A stretch of DNA of 64,000 nucleotides from Escherichia phage JEP6. The notes beneath the pieces were generated by a model. It saw only the letters and a program-made list of their open reading frames with translations, did not search any database and had not been told where the DNA came from. Shown here in pieces: positions 57,236-64,000 of this stretch. Location: sequence record MT764206.1; one strand, 5' to 3'. Position 1 is the first letter of the stretch. Each line of letters begins with the position of its first letter. The position numbers and the translations under genes are program-made.

Positions 57236-59272
57236 ATGAATTATAACGAAATTGTTGATGAATTAGTTGATACCATACAATCAGCTTGTTCAATTATTCC
57301 CGAAGGTTATTATAGACGAGTTAAATGGGAATTATACAATCCCAATAAAGAAATGATTCAACCCGATAATGGGGTTGAATGGGACACTGAAATTATTAAA
57401 TTAGATACCCATCTTTACACCGAAAATCCATTTGGTCATTCTTCTGATACATTTACTGAATCATCTAATGGAGAAACCCAAACTGGTGTTTTTTGTCATA
57501 AAATCGGCGTGTATTTTCCAACTCAAACTGCGTTAGAAGATTACGTTGAACAAATTGGTGCAACTTTACTTCCAGGTAATACTTGGTATGGTGCTGATTT
57601 ATCGAAACGTGAATTTTTTAAAACTGAAATTGAATATGATATGTATCGCATTGAAAATCGCGGAGGTACATGGCATCATACGGGTCCTAGAATAGATGCT
57701 AGGACAATGATCGGTGTTAACAATGACTATACAATGTATGTTAACTTTAACGGTTTAGGAGATTATCGAAGAGCATATTTAAAATATTATGAAGATAAAC
57801 CATGCACATATGTCGGTTTAACACTAAATTTAAATATAGATACATCAATTCCCGGTATTCCTTATTCACCTCCATCAATTATTGGAGAGCTTCCACTTAA
57901 TGCAATTTCATGCGTTAATTTTACTGCCCAATTTCCATACAATGGCTTAACATCTGCAATTATTGAGGCTTGGAACACCTCAAGAGATTCATTTAAACTA
58001 TATTGGGATATGTTGCCTGGTATGCCGGCAATTAGCGGAAGTGATTTTGAAAAATATTTTAATTCGGCATATACACATTTATCTGTAGCAATGGAAGAGC
58101 TTGGAAATTCGGCAATTGCCATGTGTCAATATGTTCAGCAACAAGCCTTTATGGTTTTTAAAAATTCTGTTTCACAAGTTCTAAATATTGTCGGTGGCGG
58201 ATGGGATTTATTAAAAAGTTTTTTACCTAAAATAACAATAATGGGCATATCTATTGATATTGAAGATTTATGTACATCAACAGATGGTGTTCAAAAATTG
58301 AAGGAAACCTTTGAAAATTTTAATCTGGAAGATACTATTAGTTCAATTTATTCTGCAATGGGTTCTGCATATGACTATTCTATAGAACGCGTTAAAATGT
58401 ATTCGCGGGATTTAGTTGATGCAATAACAGATTTATATGATTGGGCCTGGTCAAAATTAATGATGGCCGGTGTCGCTTTATCAAAATTATGTGTTGATTT
58501 AGCACAAATCTGGAGCATGCCGCCAATTATTCCAAATCCAGTGTGGTCTGTTATCACTTTAGTGAAGGAAATGATGAAACAAATTCCTCCATTAGATATG
58601 ATTATGTCAGGTAATTTTCCTGGATTTACTGCTTCTGATGTATATCAGATGGTTATGTCTATCGTATCTGAAAAAATTAAACAAGTTTATACTGAAATAG
58701 AATCATTAAAAACCCAAGCATTGGATGTATGGAATGAAATTAAACTAAAAACACAGGAATATAAAAAGCAAACGATTGAATTTAAACAATATTTATCAGG
58801 AATGGCTGAAAAGGTTGAAGATGAAATAACTATAGCAAAAAAGAAAGCGTTACAAGAAGCTGAATCCGCTTTAAATGTTTTAAAGGATAAATATAACAGT
58901 ATTAAAGACTTAATAAAAAATAAACAGATTTCTGTGTCTGATGTATTAGATTTAGCTTTGACTGAATTTCGAAAAATTCCATTAATTTCACAAATGGAAT
59001 CATTATTATCTTTAGCTGGAGCATCTATCGATGATATAATGAAAGTATATGAAAATAGCGTTACTAAAGCAAAATCATTATATCACGAATTCACCGATGG
59101 CGCTCGGTCAATGAAAGATCTATGCAAATCATTATACAATCAAATTTCGACTTTATGTTTGAGTAAGGTTGTGCAATGGATTAATAAAATGCTTGGAATA
59201 TTTGGATTAAGTATTACATTTCCAACAGTATCAATATGCATTCCATGCTTAAAAACTCCTATGAGGAATTAA
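57236..59272 (+). CDS. Large hypothetical protein between genes 5 and 6 (possible baseplate/spike-associated protein)
   Basis: 678 codons from the ATG 1 nt after the gene 5 stop; central hydrophobic Pro-rich segment; K/E-rich coiled-coil C-terminus. Confidence 0.6.
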   Translation: MNYNEIVDELVDTIQSACSIIPEGYYRRVKWELYNPNKEMIQPDNGVEWDTEIIKLDTHLYTENPFGHSSDTFTESSNGETQTGVFCHKIGVYFPTQTALEDYVEQIGATLLPGNTWYGADLSKREFFKTEIEYDMYRIENRGGTWHHTGPRIDARTMIGVNNDYTMYVNFNGLGDYRRAYLKYYEDKPCTYVGLTLNLNIDTSIPGIPYSPPSIIGELPLNAISCVNFTAQFPYNGLTSAIIEAWNTSRDSFKLYWDMLPGMPAISGSDFEKYFNSAYTHLSVAMEELGNSAIAMCQYVQQQAFMVFKNSVSQVLNIVGGGWDLLKSFLPKITIMGISIDIEDLCTSTDGVQKLKETFENFNLEDTISSIYSAMGSAYDYSIERVKMYSRDLVDAITDLYDWAWSKLMMAGVALSKLCVDLAQIWSMPPIIPNPVWSVITLVKEMMKQIPPLDMIMSGNFPGFTASDVYQMVMSIVSEKIKQVYTEIESLKTQALDVWNEIKLKTQEYKKQTIEFKQYLSGMAEKVEDEITIAKKKALQEAESALNVLKDKYNSIKDLIKNKQISVSDVLDLALTEFRKIPLISQMESLLSLAGASIDDIMKVYENSVTKAKSLYHEFTDGARSMKDLCKSLYNQISTLCLSKVVQWINKMLGIFGLSITFPTVSICIPCLKTPMRN

Positions 59273-59273
59273 A

Positions 59274-61253
59274 ATGACAACTCCTGTAAATTATCAATTA
59301 ACAAGAACAGCAAATGCTATTCCCGAGATATTCGTCGGGGGTACGTTTGCTGAAATAAAACAAAACCTCATTGAATGGCTTAATGGCCAAAATGAATTTT
59401 TGGATTATGATTTTGAAGGCTCAAGATTAAACGTTCTGTGCGACCTTTTGGCTTATAATACATTGTACATTCAGCAGTTTGGTAATGCTGCTGTGTATGA
59501 AAGCTTTATGCGTACTGCTAACTTACGAAGTTCAGTTGTTCAAGCTGCACAAGATAACGGATATTTACCTACTTCAAAATCCGCTGCGCAGACCGAAATT
59601 ATGTTAACATGCACCGACGCATTGAATAGGAATTACATTACTATTCCTCGTGGTACTCGCTTTTTAGCATATGCAAAAGATACTTCTGTTAATCCATATA
59701 ACTTCGTTTCTACCGAAGACGTTATTGCTATTCGTGATAAAAATAACCAATATTTTCCGCGTTTAAAATTGGCCCAGGGACGTATAGTAAGAACTGAAAT
59801 CATTTATGATAAATTAACACCTATTATCATTTATGATAAAAATATTGATAGAAACCAGGTTAAATTATATGTTGATGGAGCGGAATGGATTAACTGGACG
59901 AGAAAGTCAATGGTTCATGCTGGTTCTACATCAACAATTTACTACATGCGTGAAACTATTGATGGAAATACTGAATTTTATTTTGGTGAAGGTGAGATTT
60001 CCGTTAATGCGGCAGAAGGAGCATTGACTGCTAATTATATTGGAGGTCTTAAACCTACTCAGAACTCTACGATTGTTATTGAGTATATCAGTACTAACGG
60101 TGCAGATGCGAATGGTGCAGTCGGATTTTCATACGCAGATACATTAACAAATATAACTGTCATCAATATTAATGAAAACCCAAACGATGACCCAGATTTT
60201 GTTGGGGCAGATGGCGGCGGTGACCCAGAAGATATTGAACGTATTCGCGAATTGGGTACTATTAAACGTGAAACCCAACAACGCTGCGTAACTGCAACCG
60301 ACTATGATACATTCGTTTCAGAAAGATTCGGTTCTATTATTCAAGCGGTTCAGACTTTCACTGATTCTACTAAACCTGGTTATGCATTTATTGCTGCTAA
60401 ACCTAAATCAGGACTATATTTAACTACTGTACAACGTGAAGATATTAAAAATTATCTAAAAGATTATAATTTAGCTCCTATTACACCATCAATTATTTCT
60501 CCTAATTATCTTTTTGTTAAGACTAATTTAAAAGTCACATATGCTTTAAATAAACTACAAGAATCCGAGCAGTGGCTTGAAGGTCAAATAATTGATAAAA
60601 TTGATCGCTATTATACCGAAGATGTAGAAATTTTTAACTCATCTTTCGCTAAATCTAAGATGTTGACATATGTAGATGATGCAGATCATTCTATCATTGG
60701 CTCATCCGCGACAATTCAAATGGTACGTGAAGTACAAAACTTCTATAAAACGCCTGAAGCGGGTATTAAATACAATAATCAAATAAAAGATCGTTCTATG
60801 GAATCTAATACGTTTTCATTTAATTCTGGACGAAAAGATGTAAATCCTGATACTGGTTTAGAAGAAGATGTATTATATGACGTTCATATAGTATCAACAG
60901 ACCGAGATTCTAAAGGAATTGGCAAAGTTATTATTGGTCCATTTGCTTCTGGCGATGTTACAGAAAATGAAAACATTCAGCCATATACAGGCAATGATTT
61001 TAATAAATTAGCAAGTTCCAATGGACGTGACAAATACTATGTTATCGGTGAAATAAATTATCCAGCTGACATGATTTATTGGAATATCGCTAAAATTAAT
61101 TTAACATCCGATAAATTTGAGGTTCAGACTATTGAGCTATATTCTGATCCAATAGACGATGTTATTTTCACACGCGATGGTTCACTGATCGTATTTGAAA
61201 ATGATTTACGTCCACAATACTTAACTATCGATTTGGAGCCTATATCACAATGA
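59274..61253 (+). CDS. 6: Baseplate wedge protein
   Basis: 659 aa MTTPVNYQLTRTANAIPEIFVGG... Confidence 0.88.
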   Translation: MTTPVNYQLTRTANAIPEIFVGGTFAEIKQNLIEWLNGQNEFLDYDFEGSRLNVLCDLLAYNTLYIQQFGNAAVYESFMRTANLRSSVVQAAQDNGYLPTSKSAAQTEIMLTCTDALNRNYITIPRGTRFLAYAKDTSVNPYNFVSTEDVIAIRDKNNQYFPRLKLAQGRIVRTEIIYDKLTPIIIYDKNIDRNQVKLYVDGAEWINWTRKSMVHAGSTSTIYYMRETIDGNTEFYFGEGEISVNAAEGALTANYIGGLKPTQNSTIVIEYISTNGADANGAVGFSYADTLTNITVININENPNDDPDFVGADGGGDPEDIERIRELGTIKRETQQRCVTATDYDTFVSERFGSIIQAVQTFTDSTKPGYAFIAAKPKSGLYLTTVQREDIKNYLKDYNLAPITPSIISPNYLFVKTNLKVTYALNKLQESEQWLEGQIIDKIDRYYTEDVEIFNSSFAKSKMLTYVDDADHSIIGSSATIQMVREVQNFYKTPEAGIKYNNQIKDRSMESNTFSFNSGRKDVNPDTGLEEDVLYDVHIVSTDRDSKGIGKVIIGPFASGDVTENENIQPYTGNDFNKLASSNGRDKYYVIGEINYPADMIYWNIAKINLTSDKFEVQTIELYSDPIDDVIFTRDGSLIVFENDLRPQYLTIDLEPISQ

Positions 61254-64000
61254 CAGTAAAAGCACCTTCAGTCACTAGTCTCAGAATTTCCAAGTTATCC
61301 GCAAATCAGGTGCAAGTACGCTGGGATGACGTTGGTGCTAATTTCTACTATTTTGTAGAAATCGCTGAGACAAAAACAGACTCGGGGGAAAATCTCCCGA
61401 GTAATCAATACAGATGGGTTAACTTAGGATATACTGCAAATAACAGCTTCTTTTTTGATAATGCTAATCCATTGACATCGTACATTATTAGAGTAGCTAC
61501 CGCTGCGCAGGATTTTGAGCAGTCTGATTGGATTTATACTGAAGAGTTTGAAACTTTTGCTACAAATGCTTATACATTTCAAAACATGATTGAAATGCAA
61601 TTAGCTAATAAATTCATTCAGGAAAAATTTACTCTTAATAATTCTGACTATGTCAATTTTAATAATGACACTATAATGGCTGCATTGATGAATGAATCAT
61701 TTCAATTCAGCCCATCATATGTTGATGTTTCATCAATAAGTAATTTTATTATTGGTGAAAATGAGTATCATGAAATACAAGGTTCTATTCAGCAAGTATG
61801 TAAGGATATTAACCGAGTTTATTTGATGGAATCAGAAGGGATTTTATACCTTTTTGAGCGTTATCAACCTGTAGTTAAAGTATCCAATGATAAAGGACAA
61901 ACTTGGAAAGCTGTAAAGCTCTTCAATGACCGCGTAGGATATCCTTTATCTAAGACAGTATATTACCAATCTGCGAACACAACATACGTTCTAGGATACG
62001 ACAAGATTTTCTATGGCCGCAAATCGACTGATGTTAGATGGTCAGCTGATGATGTCAGATTTAGTTCTCAGGATATAACATTCGCTAAACTTGGCGACCA
62101 ATTACAAGAAATTTTTGCCACTTACGCGACTTTACCAGCGAATGTATATCGCATTGCAGAAGCTATTACTTGCACCGATGATTACATTTACGTTGTCGCC
62201 AGAGACAAAGTTAGATACATAAAAACGAGTAATGCACCTATAGATTCTGATCCATTATCTCCAACATATTCGGAAAGGCTTTTTGAACCTGATACAATGA
62301 CTATAACCGGAAATCCTAAAGCAGTATGTTATAAAATGGATTCTATTGGTGATAAAGTCTTTGCTCTTATTATTGGTGAAGTTGAAACATTAAATGCTAA
62401 TCCTAGAACATCAAAAATAATTGATTCTGCCGATAAAGGAATATATGTTTTAAATCATGCCACGAAAACATGGAAAAGAGTTTTTGGCAACACTGAAGAA
62501 GAAAGAAGACGTATTCAACCTGGATATGCGAATATGTCAACTGATGGTAAATTAGTTTCTCTGTCTTCGAGTAATTTTAAATTTTTAAGTGATAACATTG
62601 TTAATGACCCTGAAACTGCAGCGAAATATCAGTTAATCGGTGCTGTTAAATATGAATTTCCTCGTGAATGGCTAGCTGATAAGCATTATCATATGATGGC
62701 ATTTATAGCAGATGAAAAATCTGATTGGGAAACTTTTACACCTCAGCCGATGAAATACTATGCAGAACCATTCTTTAACTGGTCTAAAAAATCTAACACA
62801 CGCTGTTGGATAAACAACTCTGATAGAGCTGTAGTAGTTTATGCTGATTTAAAATACACCAAAGTTATAGAAAATATTCCGGAAACATCACCAGATAGAT
62901 TAGTTCATGAATACTGGGATGATGGTGATTGTACGATAGTAATGCCAAATGTTAAATTCACGGGATTTAAAAAATACGCGTCTGGGATGCTTTTTTATAA
63001 GTCTTCTGGTGAAATAATTTCTTACTATGATTTTAACTATCGAGTGAGAGACACGGTTGAAATAATTTGGAAGCCAACTGGAATATTTTTAAAAGCATTT
63101 TTACAAAACCAAGAGCATGAGACTCCTTGGTCACCAGAAGAAGAGCGTGGACTAGCTGACCCCGATTTAAGACCATTAATTGGCACAATGATGCCTGATT
63201 CTTATTTGCTACAGGATTCGAATTTTGAAGCATTTTGCGAAGCATATATTCAGTATCTTTCTGATGGATACGGAACTCAATACAATAATTTACGAAATTT
63301 AATTCGTAACAAATATCCACGAGAAGAGCATGCATGGGAATATTTGTGGTCAGAGATATATAAAAGAAACATTTATTTAAATGCTGATAAACGCGATGCT
63401 GTTGCGAGATTCTTTGAATCACGTAGCTACGATTTTTATTCTACTAAAGGAATTGAAGCATCATACAAGTTTCTTTTTAAAGTTCTTTATAATGAAGAAG
63501 TTGAAATTGAAATTGAATCTGGGGCTGGTACTGAATATGATATAATCGTTCAATCTGATTCTTTGACTGAAGATTTAGTAGGACAAACGATTTATACGGC
63601 AACAGGAAGATGTAATGTTACTTATATAGAAAGAAGCTATTCTAATGGTAAATTGCAATGGACCGTAACTATTCATAATCTTTTGGGAAGATTGATTGCC
63701 GGTCAAGAAGTTAAAGCAGAAAGACTTCCTAGTTTTGAAGGCGAAATTATTCGTGGAGTTAAAGGGAAGGATTTGCTTCAAAATAATATAGACTATATTA
63801 ATAGAAGTCGGTCATATTATGTAATGAAAATTAAATCCAATTTGCCTTCTTCCCGCTGGAAATCTGACGTTATTCGTTTTGTTCATCCAGTAGGATTTGG
63901 ATTTATAGCAATTACCCTTTTAACAATGTTTATTAATGTTGGTTTAACTCTTAAACACACAGAGACTATAATTAATAAATACAAAAACTATAAATGGGAT
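61250..64000 (+). CDS. 7: Baseplate wedge protein, N-terminal about 917 aa (continues beyond window end)
   Basis: Open frame from the ATG at 61250 (MTVKAPSVTSLRISKLSANQVQVRWDD...) to the window end; not in the ORF track because no stop is reached. Confidence 0.85.
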   Translation, partial: MTVKAPSVTSLRISKLSANQVQVRWDDVGANFYYFVEIAETKTDSGENLPSNQYRWVNLGYTANNSFFFDNANPLTSYIIRVATAAQDFEQSDWIYTEEFETFATNAYTFQNMIEMQLANKFIQEKFTLNNSDYVNFNNDTIMAALMNESFQFSPSYVDVSSISNFIIGENEYHEIQGSIQQVCKDINRVYLMESEGILYLFERYQPVVKVSNDKGQTWKAVKLFNDRVGYPLSKTVYYQSANTTYVLGYDKIFYGRKSTDVRWSADDVRFSSQDITFAKLGDQLQEIFATYATLPANVYRIAEAITCTDDYIYVVARDKVRYIKTSNAPIDSDPLSPTYSERLFEPDTMTITGNPKAVCYKMDSIGDKVFALIIGEVETLNANPRTSKIIDSADKGIYVLNHATKTWKRVFGNTEEERRRIQPGYANMSTDGKLVSLSSSNFKFLSDNIVNDPETAAKYQLIGAVKYEFPREWLADKHYHMMAFIADEKSDWETFTPQPMKYYAEPFFNWSKKSNTRCWINNSDRAVVVYADLKYTKVIENIPETSPDRLVHEYWDDGDCTIVMPNVKFTGFKKYASGMLFYKSSGEIISYYDFNYRVRDTVEIIWKPTGIFLKAFLQNQEHETPWSPEEERGLADPDLRPLIGTMMPDSYLLQDSNFEAFCEAYIQYLSDGYGTQYNNLRNLIRNKYPREEHAWEYLWSEIYKRNIYLNADKRDAVARFFESRSYDFYSTKGIEASYKFLFKVLYNEEVEIEIESGAGTEYDIIVQSDSLTEDLVGQTIYTATGRCNVTYIERSYSNGKLQWTVTIHNLLGRLIAGQEVKAERLPSFEGEIIRGVKGKDLLQNNIDYINRSRSYYVMKIKSNLPSSRWKSDVIRFVHPVGFGFIAITLLTMFINVGLTLKHTETIINKYKNYKWD

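Overview
This window is a contiguous segment of a T-even (T4-like) myovirus genome, running from uvsX to the start of baseplate gene 7. About 54 kb is transcribed leftward (minus strand) and holds the early/middle gene set: uvsX, a glycosyltransferase at the beta-gt locus, gene 42, imm, DNA polymerase 43, regA, clamp loader 62/44, clamp 45, rpbA, 46/47 nuclease, alpha-gt, late sigma 55, nrdG, an intron-split nrdD carrying a GIY-YIG endonuclease, endonuclease VII (49), nrdC, rI, tk, regB, internal proteins, lysozyme e, nudE, a tRNA island with segB and an HNH endonuclease, ipI, 57B (Acb1), 57A, and genes 1, 3, 2, 4. These are interleaved with dozens of small accessory ORFs. The last 9 kb switches to rightward late genes 53, 5, an unusual 678-codon ORF, 6 and 7 (partial). 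The protein sequences are close to T4 but not identical. The beta-gt locus carries a different, shorter enzyme, and denV and ipIII are not found at their T4 positions, which suggests a T2/T6-like relative. Signals not covered by the ORF track include seven tRNAs, a small-RNA region, a group I intron, at least 15 copies of a conserved early-promoter cassette, late promoters, and C(UUCG)G-type hairpins. I cannot point to one certain undescribed system. The best candidates are the ORF between genes 5 and 6, a TARG1/DarG-like macrodomain protein, a capsid-targeting-sequence cassette, an ATPase/nucleotidyltransferase cluster, and two paralogue families. All calls rest on reading the sequence and on recalled T4 knowledge; no searches were run, and gene names from recalled T4 map order are provisional.
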